Of a DNA stretch of 64,000 nucleotides, positions 1-9,540 are shown piece after piece (within the stretch, counting starts at the first letter, position 1; each line of letters opens with the position of its first letter). The stretch covers positions 224,001 to 288,000 of the forward strand of contig JAYFMW010000008.1 of NCBI GenBank assembly GCA_042408215.1, given 5' to 3'. The translations under genes were made by a program, and so were the position numbers. Source of the DNA: Microcoleus sp. (GTDB lineage: Bacteria > Cyanobacteriota > Cyanobacteriia > Cyanobacteriales > Microcoleaceae). The notes under the pieces were generated by a model, which was not told where the DNA came from, made no database searches, and worked only from the letters and a program-made list of their open reading frames with translations.

Positions 1-148
1 GCAGACTTTAAACAGTATTCAATCCCTTCAATGGATTACAAATTCGGAGAAGGTAGAATCTGTAAAAGTCGTTGGGGTAGAGAAAGTTTATGACATAGAA
101 GTAGAAGACAACCATAACTTTGTCGCTAACGGTCTTCTGGTTCATAAT
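1..148 (+). mobile_element. C-terminal part of an intein in DnaX
   Basis: Frame +2 reads ...VEKVYDIEVEDNHNFVANGLLVHN|CHML. These are intein blocks F/G with terminal His-Asn (143-148) and a +1 Cys (149-151) at the Walker B DE|CH site. Confidence 0.93.
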
Positions 149-1831
149 TGCCATATGCTAAGCACCCAGGCATTCAACTCTCTCTTAAAAACCTTAGAAG
201 AACCACCAAATCGCGTCGTCTTCGTCCTCGCAACAACGGACCCTCAAAGAGTCTTACCAACCATTATTTCCCGCTGTCAAAGATTCGATTTCCGCCGCAT
301 CGCCCTCCACTCAATGACCGCCCACCTGCACAAAATCGCCCAATTAGAAAATATCAATATTGCCAGCGACGCAGTACAAATGGTTGCTCAACTAGCCCAA
401 GGAGGACTGCGAGATGCCGAAAGTTTGCTCGATCAACTGAGCTTATTTCCCGGTGAAATCACAGTCGAAAAAGTTTGGGATTTAGTCGGCGCAGTCCCCG
501 AAAACGACTTAATGGAACTGCTGCAAGCTATTGACAAAGACGACGCTACAGCCTTAGTAGACATGACCCGTCACCTGATGGATCGCGGCCGAGAACCGCT
601 GATTGTACTTCAGAATCTCGCCAGTTTTTACCGAGATTTGTTAATAGCCAAAGCAGCACCAAAACGGTCAGACTTAGTAGCTTTAACCAGCGGAACTTGG
701 GAGAAACTTTGCAATTTTGCCCGCCATTGGGATGCCGAGTTAATTTTGGCTGGTCAGAAACACTTGCAAACCCACGAAGTGCAAATTAAAAACACCACTC
801 AGCCACGTTTGTGGCTGGAAGTAACGCTATTGGGATTATTACCCTCAGCCATTAGAACTCAGCAGCAACCAGCAAATAAACCAGCACAAAATACTAATCC
901 AGCACAAATTCACCCCCCCCAACCCCCCCTTGCTAAGGGGGGGAGTCAGATATCTAATATTGCAGAATCTTCAATTCCGAATGTGCAACATCCTCCGACG
1001 ACTTCGCCGCCTATTGCTAATCGCACAGAAAACACATCTACCGCACCGATTCGAGAACCTATACCAACCGCTGAAACTAATTCTTTTTCCACTAACTCAA
1101 CCAATATTACACCGGATGAAATTGATCTAAATCGAGTGTGGGAACAGGTACTTGCTCGCGTGCGACCCCACGGTACTCAATCGCTGCTTCGCCAACATGG
1201 ACATCTAGTAAGTTTTAGCAATGATACTGCTTCTGTTAACATTAATTCGCCGCAGTTGCTCAAGATGGTTAAAGACAAAGTAGCTAATATTGAAGAGGCT
1301 TTTTTGCAAATCTTTAACCGTCGAGTCGCAGTGCAATTGGGTTTAAAGAATTCTAATCAAACTAATAGTTTAGAACCCAAGGATTTGCCAACTTCTAACG
1401 GAGGTGTTGGCGAAAATTCTCGGAATTTTAATCCTGTGGGTGATGCTAATCAACAGGTGCAGAATTATGGGAATTATGGGAGTTCTGAGATTCCTGATAA
1501 TTTGTTGAGGAATGGGGGAGAAGCACAAAAACAGTCGCCAGCCCCTGAAAATAATAGCGCCAAGCTGTCAAATGTTTCTGAACCAGTCCGGCCGAACAAT
1601 GGGTCGATCGCCTCTGGGAATAGCTCTAACCTTGAGGCTGTAGGGATACGCGCTGACGCACAAGATGTAGTCAATTCCGCTAGGGTGTTGGCTGAAATGT
1701 TTGACGGGGAAGTAGTCGATTTGTCAAATGAGTTAGAGATTTGGGAGTCGCAGAGTTTTAACTTGGAATCTGAACCGGATTTTCCTGAGTTATCTTCTGA
1801 GTCCGATCGGGATGATTTCGTCGATTGGTAA
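1..1831 (+). CDS. dnaX: DNA polymerase III subunit gamma/tau (5'-truncated by the window edge; intein-containing)
   Basis: The frame is open from position 2. After the intein it reads CHMLSTQAFNSLLKTLEEPP...ATTDPQRVLPTIISRCQRFDF...GGLRDAESLLDQ, the clamp-loader AAA+ motifs, followed by a long low-complexity C-terminal linker. Confidence 0.96.
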   Translation, partial: QTLNSIQSLQWITNSEKVESVKVVGVEKVYDIEVEDNHNFVANGLLVHNCHMLSTQAFNSLLKTLEEPPNRVVFVLATTDPQRVLPTIISRCQRFDFRRIALHSMTAHLHKIAQLENINIASDAVQMVAQLAQGGLRDAESLLDQLSLFPGEITVEKVWDLVGAVPENDLMELLQAIDKDDATALVDMTRHLMDRGREPLIVLQNLASFYRDLLIAKAAPKRSDLVALTSGTWEKLCNFARHWDAELILAGQKHLQTHEVQIKNTTQPRLWLEVTLLGLLPSAIRTQQQPANKPAQNTNPAQIHPPQPPLAKGGSQISNIAESSIPNVQHPPTTSPPIANRTENTSTAPIREPIPTAETNSFSTNSTNITPDEIDLNRVWEQVLARVRPHGTQSLLRQHGHLVSFSNDTASVNINSPQLLKMVKDKVANIEEAFLQIFNRRVAVQLGLKNSNQTNSLEPKDLPTSNGGVGENSRNFNPVGDANQQVQNYGNYGSSEIPDNLLRNGGEAQKQSPAPENNSAKLSNVSEPVRPNNGSIASGNSSNLEAVGIRADAQDVVNSARVLAEMFDGEVVDLSNELEIWESQSFNLESEPDFPELSSESDRDDFVDW

Positions 1832-1864
1832 TTGGGAATTGGGCAATTTTACATTTTAGATATT

Positions 1865-1934
1865 CATCTGCGTTAATCTGTGTTGATCTGCCTATATCTG
1901 CGGTTAAAAAAAGAAATTTTCTTAACCGCAGATG
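1865..1934. terminator. ATCTGC-type repeat with hairpin between convergent dnaX and clpX
   Basis: ATCTGCGGTTAA...TTAACCGCAGAT inverted repeat preceded by ATCTG(C/T) decamers. The same repeat family occurs at 12.9-13.8 kb. Confidence 0.55.
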
Positions 1935-1956
1935 AAAATTGACAATGTAAAAAATT

Positions 1957-3312
1957 TTAAGCTGACTCCGGTTTTGGTAGGGAAGACGGAAGTACCAACA
2001 ACTCAGCAGTCGATCGCTTCTCGACCATTTCCTTAGTAATCATACACCGAGTGACATCCTTGCGCGACGGCAACTCATACATGACATCCAACATCAACTC
2101 TTCGACAATTCCCCTGAGTGCCCGCGCCCCAGTTTTGCGTCGGTATGCTTCCTGGGCGATCGCCCGAACTGCATCCATCTTAAACTCCAACTGCACATTA
2201 TCCATCTTCAGCAGCTTTTGATACTGCTTAACCAAAGCATTACGCGGTTCCGTCAAAATCGCCATCAGCGTTTCCTCATCCAGGGGGTCTAACACCGCAG
2301 CCACCGGTACCCGCCCAATAAACTCAGGAATCATCCCAAACTTCACCAAATCATCCGGTTCCAGTTGCTTGAGTACATCAGCAGCCCGCTTTTCCTTCGG
2401 CTGAGCTTCTCCCGGCTGAATAAAACCCATTGACTTTTTACCCGTTCTCTGCTCTATCACTTTTTCCAGACCGACAAAAGCCCCACCGCAGATAAACATG
2501 ATATTGCTAGTGTCAATTTGGATGCAGTCTTGATAGGGATGCTTGCGGCCGCCTTGGGGAGGTACATTGGCGATCGTCCCTTCCAGCATCTTCAACAGCG
2601 CCTGCTGCACCCCTTCACCCGACACATCCCGCGTAATCGAAGGATTTTCGCTCTTACGAGCAATTTTGTCAATTTCATCAATATAAATTATCCCGCGCTG
2701 CGCCTCTTCCACATCCATATCTGCCACTTGTAGCAGGCGCAGCAAAATATTTTCCACATCTTCCCCAACGTAGCCCGCTTCCGTCAGCGTCGTCGCGTCA
2801 GCCACCGCAAATGGCACATCCAGCATATCTGCCAAAGTCTGAGCCAGCAGAGTTTTGCCACAACCAGTCGGCCCGATTAACAGAATATTGGACTTTTGCA
2901 GTTCTACTTCTTCCGGTGGGTGCTTGCCGCTATTTTTGCTATGAATAAAACTCAGGCGCTTGTAGTGGTTGTAAACCGCCACCGACAACACCTTTTTCGC
3001 CTCATCTTGGCCGATGACATTTTCGTCGAGATAATTTTTAATTTCCCTCGGCTTCGGAATTTGGCTCATCGAGATACTTTTGCCGGAATTAGCACGGCGC
3101 TTTTGGGTCGTTTCCTGCTTCGGAGGCTTCGGAGGCGTCGCCGCCGCCGCCGGCACTGCACTAGAGTCAAACAACTCCTCATCTAAAATTTCATTGCACA
3201 AGTCAACACATTCATCACAGATATAAACCCCAGGCCCTGCGATCAACTTGCGTACCTGCTCTTGAGACTTGCCACAAAAGGAACATTTTAGATTGGAGTC
3301 GTATTTAGACAT
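1957..3312 (-). CDS. clpX: ATP-dependent Clp protease ATP-binding subunit ClpX
   Basis: [36 protein letters not shown] zinc-binding domain, GPTGCGKT Walker [21 protein letters not shown]. The start was moved to the ATG at 3312. Confidence 0.98.
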   Translation of the reverse strand: MSKYDSNLKCSFCGKSQEQVRKLIAGPGVYICDECVDLCNEILDEELFDSSAVPAAAATPPKPPKQETTQKRRANSGKSISMSQIPKPREIKNYLDENVIGQDEAKKVLSVAVYNHYKRLSFIHSKNSGKHPPEEVELQKSNILLIGPTGCGKTLLAQTLADMLDVPFAVADATTLTEAGYVGEDVENILLRLLQVADMDVEEAQRGIIYIDEIDKIARKSENPSITRDVSGEGVQQALLKMLEGTIANVPPQGGRKHPYQDCIQIDTSNIMFICGGAFVGLEKVIEQRTGKKSMGFIQPGEAQPKEKRAADVLKQLEPDDLVKFGMIPEFIGRVPVAAVLDPLDEETLMAILTEPRNALVKQYQKLLKMDNVQLEFKMDAVRAIAQEAYRRKTGARALRGIVEELMLDVMYELPSRKDVTRCMITKEMVEKRSTAELLVLPSSLPKPESA

Positions 3313-3357
3313 AACAGCCGATACTTTTTTGCTAACGTTTACTAACAAACACATAAG

Positions 3358-4929
3358 TTAAATCGCTAAAAAGCTTTTCAACCAAGGCGTATCAACCAAT
3401 GCCCGAAGGAAAATCCCACGAGCACCATTTAGATCCCGGTTCATCTGATTTCCATCAGAATCTTTAATCGTTCTACTACCACCAATCTTTTTGACTTCTC
3501 CAGTCCATGAAACAGTCTTTGAAGTGTAAGCTTCGTTGATAGAAGTTAAAGCAACTTTGCCCTGCTCCCAAGCTTTCCACTCTAGATGTTTTTTAAACTG
3601 ATAATGACTCAGAGTCAGCATTTGACGAACAGTCTTAGAACGAATCTTACGACGTGACTTGCTCACCATCTGAGAAGACTTAAACGATGGAAGTAATATC
3701 ACATCAAAATTATCAACTAAAAATTTAGCAGTCTTGTGATGCAACTCTTTGACAAGATGTTGAATCTTAGACTTTAATCTGTCCGCTGCTTTCTTGAGTC
3801 TTTTGCGTTGTGGGCTAGAAGTTTTACTCATCCTTGACATCAACTTATCTAACCTGAAACACAACTTTTGAATCAAAAGATTAGCATCATTCCCAATCCA
3901 TCCATAGAAAGATTCAGAAAAGAAGGTCATGAACGTTCTAACACCGGGGTCTAAGGCAACCACGCGACCTTGGTTGTCGGTTCGTTGTGGTTGCACTTTT
4001 TCAGATGTAACAATGTAATACTCGCCATAGGTAAGCGTTAACCGTCCATCGCTGAAGTCTTCGGGTAATCCCTCTTTCAGCTTTGATTGACCCAGTTTTG
4101 TCTGATAAATTCCTTTCGACCCAATTGCCGACTTCGGAATATAAAGAGATTGCTTTGTATTTTTTCGACTACGAAATTTGCAACTACAAATTTTACCAGT
4201 TTTCTTGAAGTCTGCTTTAGCTTTTTTGACAGCCTCGCAAGCATCCTTAATGGCAATCGATTTGATTTGAAACGGTACTGGTTTTGCCCAGTCAGGCAAT
4301 CCATTAAGTATGTCCGTTTTGATTGACATCCAACTGGCTTTAGTGCCTGGTTGCTGCAAGTATTTGATTGTCACGTTGTACACGTAACGACTCACGCCAA
4401 ACCACTGCTTCAGTATTGCTTTTTGTTCAGACTTTAGGAATAGTCGGATCTTCTTTGATTTTCTGACTGTAACTCCGCCGGGAGTGCATTCGGCAACGGT
4501 CGCCCTGAACGATGGCAAGAAGATCCGCTGTGAGTTCGGACTCTGGGCCGTGAACAGGATTTGCGAGAACCAGGATCGAGCCACCGTTTTGTTTTGCCAT
4601 GAACTCGAAAAGTTCAAATCCGAATCTGCTTTAGATGTCTCGACAGGCAATAACAACCGTGAGCTTATCCCCGCGCACAAATCTGACCAGTAGGGCTTGC
4701 AGTCCTTTTCTCTTGAAGTTGAGTCCCGATCCAATATCTTGGATGATTTCTGAGTCGGGGTATCGCTCTGGCATAAATTCAACTTGTCTTTCGAGGTCGT
4801 CTTTTTGCTTGGCACTACTGACTCGACAATAGCAGATGACTGAGCAGATGCTTCCATCTTTTTGGTAGGAGTCAACGTCGTAGAGGCGTTGTCCTGCTCC
4901 ATTTTTGATTGATTTGATCTGCCCTTCAT
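3358..4929 (-). CDS. tnpB: IS607-type TnpB RNA-guided nuclease (true start uncertain; frame overlaps tnpA)
   Basis: KKIRLFLKSEQKAILKQWFGVSRYVYN (TnpB N-terminal region), ALDPGVRTF (RuvC-I), INEAYTSKT, RDLNGARGI (RuvC-III). Confidence 0.9.
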   Translation of the reverse strand: MKGRSNQSKMEQDNASTTLTPTKKMEASAQSSAIVESVVPSKKTTSKDKLNLCQSDTPTQKSSKILDRDSTSREKDCKPYWSDLCAGISSRLLLPVETSKADSDLNFSSSWQNKTVARSWFSQILFTAQSPNSQRIFLPSFRATVAECTPGGVTVRKSKKIRLFLKSEQKAILKQWFGVSRYVYNVTIKYLQQPGTKASWMSIKTDILNGLPDWAKPVPFQIKSIAIKDACEAVKKAKADFKKTGKICSCKFRSRKNTKQSLYIPKSAIGSKGIYQTKLGQSKLKEGLPEDFSDGRLTLTYGEYYIVTSEKVQPQRTDNQGRVVALDPGVRTFMTFFSESFYGWIGNDANLLIQKLCFRLDKLMSRMSKTSSPQRKRLKKAADRLKSKIQHLVKELHHKTAKFLVDNFDVILLPSFKSSQMVSKSRRKIRSKTVRQMLTLSHYQFKKHLEWKAWEQGKVALTSINEAYTSKTVSWTGEVKKIGGSRTIKDSDGNQMNRDLNGARGIFLRALVDTPWLKSFLAI

Positions 4930-5002
4930 CTGCGTACTTCCTTAAAGTGTTTGGATGCAATCCTAGAAATTCGACTGCTTTTCTAATCGGTATGTATGCT
5001 AT
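4427..5002 (-). pseudogene. tnpA: IS607 serine transposase TnpA (HTH + resolvase) with in-frame stop
   Basis: IAYIPIRKAVEFLGLHPNTLRKYADEG (HTH), YCRVSSAKQKDDLERQ (catalytic Ser), DIGSGLNFKRKGL. TAA at 4631-4633 interrupts RD-x-x-SRFGFE and the frame continues to TGA at 4427. The apparent first codon is ATA. Confidence 0.85.
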
Positions 5003-5073
5003 GAATCAAAGATATTGCATTTGTTTGCAAATATCAATGACTGTTAGGAAATTAACTACTGTGGATCAACCTC

Positions 5074-5763
5074 TTATTTCAGTGCAGTGACATTCTCTCC
5101 CGCCGCCGGAAGATTTTCCTTAGCGATGACTTTATCGACCAATCCATAATCTTTGGCTTCAGCCGCTGACATGAAAAAGTCGCGTTCAGTATCAGCCTCT
5201 AATTTATCGATCGGTTGACCTGTGTGGTGCGCTAACAGTTCATTCAACTTACGTTTATGATAAAGGATTTCTTTGGCTTGAATCTCAATATCAACTGCTT
5301 GACCTTGAGCGCCTCCCAGTGGCTGGTGAATCATAATTCTCGAACTGGGAAGAGACATCCGCTTGCCGGCGGCTCCTGCTGTCAGCAGAAATGCGCCCAT
5401 ACTCGCAGCCAAACCGTAACAAATCGTTACCATATCGGGGCGGATTTGCTGCATCGTGTCATAAATTGCCATGCCGGCTGTCACCGAGCCGCCGGGGGAA
5501 TTGATGTACATTTGGATGTCTTTTTCCGGGTCTTCGGCATCTAGATACAGTAGCTGAGCCACTATCGAGTCTGCCACTTCGTCAGTTACGGGGGTTCCCA
5601 GAAACACAATTCGCTCCCGCAGCAAGCGCGAGTAAATGTCAAAGGCTCGCTCGCCCATCCCCGACTGTTCTAGTACCATCGGCACTACGTTGCTGGGGTG
5701 GTCGCTGACCTCAAAATTGTTATAGCTTGTGATTAGGTAGTTGGAAGATTGAGATACAACCAT
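5074..5763 (-). CDS. clpP: ATP-dependent Clp protease proteolytic subunit
   Basis: [50 protein letters not shown]. Confidence 0.98.
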   Translation of the reverse strand: MVVSQSSNYLITSYNNFEVSDHPSNVVPMVLEQSGMGERAFDIYSRLLRERIVFLGTPVTDEVADSIVAQLLYLDAEDPEKDIQMYINSPGGSVTAGMAIYDTMQQIRPDMVTICYGLAASMGAFLLTAGAAGKRMSLPSSRIMIHQPLGGAQGQAVDIEIQAKEILYHKRKLNELLAHHTGQPIDKLEADTERDFFMSAAEAKDYGLVDKVIAKENLPAAGENVTALK

Positions 5764-5857
5764 AAGACACCAGTCAAGGATTATAGACTATTTACGGCTG
5801 ATGAAAGCTTGAAATTAAGCCGCCAGCTTTTAACTATTATGCCTCTTCTAGACAGAG

Positions 5858-5992
5858 ATTGGGAGATTGGGAATTGGGAATCGGGAATTGGGAATCGGGA
5901 ATCGGGAATTGGGAATTGGAAATCGATCGCCAATAACTCTTCCCTCTTCCTTCTTCCCTCTTCCTTCTTCCCTCTTCCTTCTTCCTTCTTCC
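5858..5992. repeat. Heptamer tandem repeats (GGGAATT/GGGAATC)n then (TTCCTTC/TTCCCTC)n
   Basis: Visible directly in the clpP-tig spacer; typical cyanobacterial STRR-type repeats. Confidence 0.9.
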
Positions 5993-6000
5993 TTGGGGTG

Positions 6001-7419
6001 CTACTCTTCCCCTACAACTTCAACTTCAACAGTTGTGGATGCTTCTGAAGTTTCTGCATCATCTGCATCATCATCGGATTCATCTACTGCGGGAGTCAGA
6101 GAACCTTCTGGTACGAGTTCGATCGTCCCTTGTGCTTCCAACCAGGTGAGGGTTTTTTGTTTGAGCAAGTCTTCTCGGACAAATTCCTGCAACCTTTCGG
6201 GGTCAAAATCTCCTTTCGGAAACTGCTTTCTGACGCTTGCTACTTCTGCTGCTACTTCTGCTGCTTCCACAGACAAAGATTCCAGCTTGGCTATTTCTGC
6301 CAGAGCTAGAGACTGCTTGAGCCTGGCGATCGCCTCTGGACGCGAGCGTTCCCGCATCGGTCCCATATTTGCTTCGGTAAACAGTTGGTTGATATCTATG
6401 CCGTAATTTTTCAATTGGGTGGCTTGTTGGTTCAGCAAGAAATCTATTTCGCGAGCGAGCATTGTTTCGGGAATTTCCACTTCTACTAGCTGCACCAGTG
6501 CTTCTAATATGGCTTTTTCTTTATTAGCTGAAGTTTGGCGCTCTTGGTCTCCTTTAAACCGAGTTTCGAGGGATGCGCGCAGTTCTGCTAAGGTTTGAAA
6601 CTCGCTAACTTCTTGGGCGAAATCGTCGTCCAATTCCGGCAATTCTTTTTCCTTAAGTTCTTTGAGAGTAATCGTAAAGACTGCGGGTTTTCCGGCTAAT
6701 TCTTCACTGCTGTACTCATCGGGAAACTGCACAGAAACTTCTCTTGTTTCTCCCGGATTCATCCCGATCATGCCTTGGACAAAACCAGGTACGAACTGAT
6801 TTTCCGATAATTCTACTTGAAAGTCTTCTGCTTGACCGCCGGGGATTTCTGCGGGTGTTTCGTCGCCCGGTGCGTCTGCAAATCTGCCAGAGAAATCAAC
6901 CAAAGCCATATCTCCTGTTTGAGCTGGCCGGCCTTCTACGGGGATTAAAGCTGCTTTGTCCGATCGATATTTTGCCAATACCTCATCTACCTGAGCCTCA
7001 TCATACTTAGCTTCTTCTGCTTTCAGCTCCAAGCCAGTGTATTGACCCAGTTTGACTTCTGGTGCTACGTCAACCTTGGCTGTAAAGGTTAGAGGCTGTT
7101 CTGGATCGAACTTAGATAGTAACTCTTCAAACTCGATCGCCAGTTCAAAACTGCCAATGGCTGCAATTTTTTCTTGTTCGAGGGCTTTTTGTAGAGAGTC
7201 ATTAATCAAATTTTCCAAAGCCGTCGCCTTCAAGCGAGTATGGCCTATGCGCTGTAGCAAAACTTGGCGGGGAACTTTGCCTTTGCGGAACCCAGGAATG
7301 TTAATTTCGCGAGCAAATTGTTTAATTACTTGCTCGTAGGCTTGTTTTGACTTTTCTGATGGTACTTCGATTTCCAGACTAATTTGGCTAGCTGGAAGTT
7401 TTTCCTGGGTTACTTTCAT
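6001..7419 (-). CDS. tig: Trigger factor
   Basis: IPGFRKGKVP ribosome-binding signature, FKBP-like domain, and position upstream of clpP-clpX. Confidence 0.97.
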   Translation of the reverse strand: MKVTQEKLPASQISLEIEVPSEKSKQAYEQVIKQFAREINIPGFRKGKVPRQVLLQRIGHTRLKATALENLINDSLQKALEQEKIAAIGSFELAIEFEELLSKFDPEQPLTFTAKVDVAPEVKLGQYTGLELKAEEAKYDEAQVDEVLAKYRSDKAALIPVEGRPAQTGDMALVDFSGRFADAPGDETPAEIPGGQAEDFQVELSENQFVPGFVQGMIGMNPGETREVSVQFPDEYSSEELAGKPAVFTITLKELKEKELPELDDDFAQEVSEFQTLAELRASLETRFKGDQERQTSANKEKAILEALVQLVEVEIPETMLAREIDFLLNQQATQLKNYGIDINQLFTEANMGPMRERSRPEAIARLKQSLALAEIAKLESLSVEAAEVAAEVASVRKQFPKGDFDPERLQEFVREDLLKQKTLTWLEAQGTIELVPEGSLTPAVDESDDDADDAETSEASTTVEVEVVGEE

Positions 7420-7445
7420 TGACTTTTTTGATATTTAACAAGAGT

Positions 7446-7913
7446 TTGACACTCCCCAGCTATCAAGGCATGAGGATTCTTGGTTCACAGATACACCTTT
7501 AAATTACCTATCCTTTCGGCATTACTTAAACCTAAAACCCGTTCGATAGAACCAAGTTTCGAGCATAACTTAGACAAGGACCGAGGGCTGATCTCCCCAA
7601 GCTTTAAGAGATTTCTCTCTTTGTTGACCTGTACCCCACGGTACATTTTATCTACAAAAATTTATTTTTCTGATGAACGGGTATACGTTAGTTTCCCCAG
7701 CTATGTTTATCGTGGTTTTCGCCGCCCACTAACTATTATTATTTCCTAGCCAGTCGTTTTGGGATTGACTACCCATTCGATGCTCGCGGTTATTCTACCT
7801 GTAGTATTATTCTATTTTACCATGCTATTAACATGATGGCCGAAAACGAAAGAAAAATGAATCTGGATAATTAAAGCCTTCCTAAAAGGACGGGGCTTTT
7901 ACCCAATTTTCCG
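7446..7913 (-). mobile_element. Non-autonomous, gene-less IS200/IS605 derivative (left end + residual tnpB 3' end/omegaRNA + right end)
   Basis: Minus strand: TTAC|CGGAAAATTGGGTAAAAGCCCCGTCCTTTTAGGAAGGCTTT left-end hairpin, and right end GAATCCTCATGCCTTGATAGCTGGGGAGTGTCAA, which resembles the right end at 59655 (GAATCCCCGCGTCTTTAGACCGGGGAGTGTCAA). Confidence 0.72.
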
Positions 7914-8387
7914 GTAACAAGATACATACAAATCTGACTTTGCCTGCATTTTAAGTTTGTACGCTTTCGATCGTACTAGCGCAACCGGACACAACTAAAA
8001 ACAACTCTACCGGATGAGACTGCAAGTCATTGTGCTGCACAAGTTTTTCGTTGCGGAACACTTTGTGGAGATTGAATCCACTAATTGCCGCAGCACCATA
8101 GCACATATCACCTTCAGATGTCAATTTTTGGCGGCCTCCCCTGTCAAAGTTAACAGCAGGCTGTTTGTGTGCGGTTATAGCCCCAGCAGAGTCCATTCCT
8201 TGCTAAACTAGGGATGGCGGCGATCGCGTCGCATCCGTTAAGCTTGAGAGGCAAGTCCGGCTAACTGCGCCCTTGTCATCCTAACCGATCCTGATGTCGG
8301 TTAACATTAATTAAGTTTTATATTGAGTATTGTTATTCTAATTCCAGATTTCGATCGCTTACAATCTATTTTGTGGAGGAAACTAAT

Positions 8388-9434
8388 TTGTCTCAATCCT
8401 ATCGAGTTGCCATTTTAGGAGCTACCGGCGCCGTCGGTGCCGAGTTGCTAGAGCTCCTGCACAGTCGCAGTTTTCCGGTGGCTGAGTTGAAGCTGCTGGC
8501 TTCGGAGCGTTCTGCGGGTTCAAAATTGCCGTTTGGTAGCGAAATGCTGCCGGTGGAAGCTGTGGGAGAGCGATCGTTCGATCGTGTAGATCTAGTGCTG
8601 GCCTCAGCAGGCGGCTCTACTTCTAAATTCTGGGCTCCCAAAGCAGTAGCAGCCGGGGCCGTGGTAATTGACAATTCCAGCGCTTTCCGTATGGATGCGA
8701 CGGTACCGCTAGTAGTTCCCGAAGTCAACCCCGAAGCAGCGGCAACTCACCGAGGTATAATTGCTAATCCCAACTGCACGACGATTTTGATGGCAGTGGC
8801 GGTTTGGCCTCTTCACAAAGTGAGGCCAATAAAGCGCATAGTTGTAGCTACTTACCAGTCTGCCAGCGGGGCGGGGGCGAGGGCAATGGAGGAAATGAAA
8901 GCTCAAGCAAGAGCAATTTTGGCCGGGGAAACGCCCAAAACCGAGATATTTCCCTACCCGTTAGCATTTAATTTGTTTCCGCACAACACGCCGATTAACG
9001 ATTTGGGGTATTGTGAGGAAGAGATGAAGATGGTTAACGAAACTCGGAAGATATTTGGTACGGACGAAATCAAAATTACTGCAACTTGCATTCGGGTGCC
9101 CGTACTCCGGGCCCATTCGGAGGCGATTAATCTAGAATTTGCGGAGCCTTTTAGTGCGATCGAGGCCAGGGAAATTTTAAAGCAGGCAAAAGGGGTTAAG
9201 CTAGTAGAAGACTGGCAAGCGAATTATTTCCCGATGCCCGCAGAGGCTAGCGGTAAGGATGAGGTGTTGGTAGGCAGGATACGCCAAGATATTTCTCACC
9301 CCTGCGGGTTGGAAATGTGGCTGTGCGGCGATCAAATTCGCAAAGGGGCGGCTTTAAATGCGGTGCAGATAGCCGAGTTGCTGGTAGCACAAAAATTGCT
9401 GCTGCGAAGTCAAGGGGCGGCTGTTTCTAATTAG
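8388..9434 (+). CDS. asd: Aspartate-semialdehyde dehydrogenase
   Basis: GATGAVG Rossmann motif, IDNSSAFRM, ANPNCTT, TYQSASGAG, DQIRKGAALNAVQIAE. TTG start at 8388 follows GGAGG. Confidence 0.97.
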   Translation: MSQSYRVAILGATGAVGAELLELLHSRSFPVAELKLLASERSAGSKLPFGSEMLPVEAVGERSFDRVDLVLASAGGSTSKFWAPKAVAAGAVVIDNSSAFRMDATVPLVVPEVNPEAAATHRGIIANPNCTTILMAVAVWPLHKVRPIKRIVVATYQSASGAGARAMEEMKAQARAILAGETPKTEIFPYPLAFNLFPHNTPINDLGYCEEEMKMVNETRKIFGTDEIKITATCIRVPVLRAHSEAINLEFAEPFSAIEAREILKQAKGVKLVEDWQANYFPMPAEASGKDEVLVGRIRQDISHPCGLEMWLCGDQIRKGAALNAVQIAELLVAQKLLLRSQGAAVSN

Positions 9435-9540
9435 CGCAAACCAGCGCAATTTTAGATGGGAATTGGGGATTTTAGGTGAACGGTTAATCTAAAATCAAAA
9501 ATTTAAAATCAAAAATCACAAGTCGAAAATCGGAGAAAGT

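Larger units (their letters stand above)
3318..5071 (-). mobile_element. IS607-family element (tnpA serine recombinase + tnpB) inserted at a GG dinucleotide between clpP and clpX
   Basis: GG occurs at both junctions on the minus strand (TAAGAGG|TTGATCC... and ...AAAGTATCGG|CTGTTATG). Removing the element gives TAA-GAGG-CTGTT-ATG, i.e. clpP stop, Shine-Dalgarno, clpX start. Confidence 0.88.

Noticed and set aside
3313..3354. 14-aa N-terminal extension of ClpX
   Set aside because: Most of it lies within the IS607 right end; the conserved start is MSKYD. Use of the upstream ATG is not excluded but has no support.
3318..5071. IStron (group I intron-IS607 chimera)
   Set aside because: Only about 70 bp separate the left end from tnpA, too little for a group I intron core, and the insertion is intergenic.
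5749..6406. ORFs 5749-6048 and 5867-6406
   Set aside because: They are translations of heptamer repeats and of the tig antisense strand.
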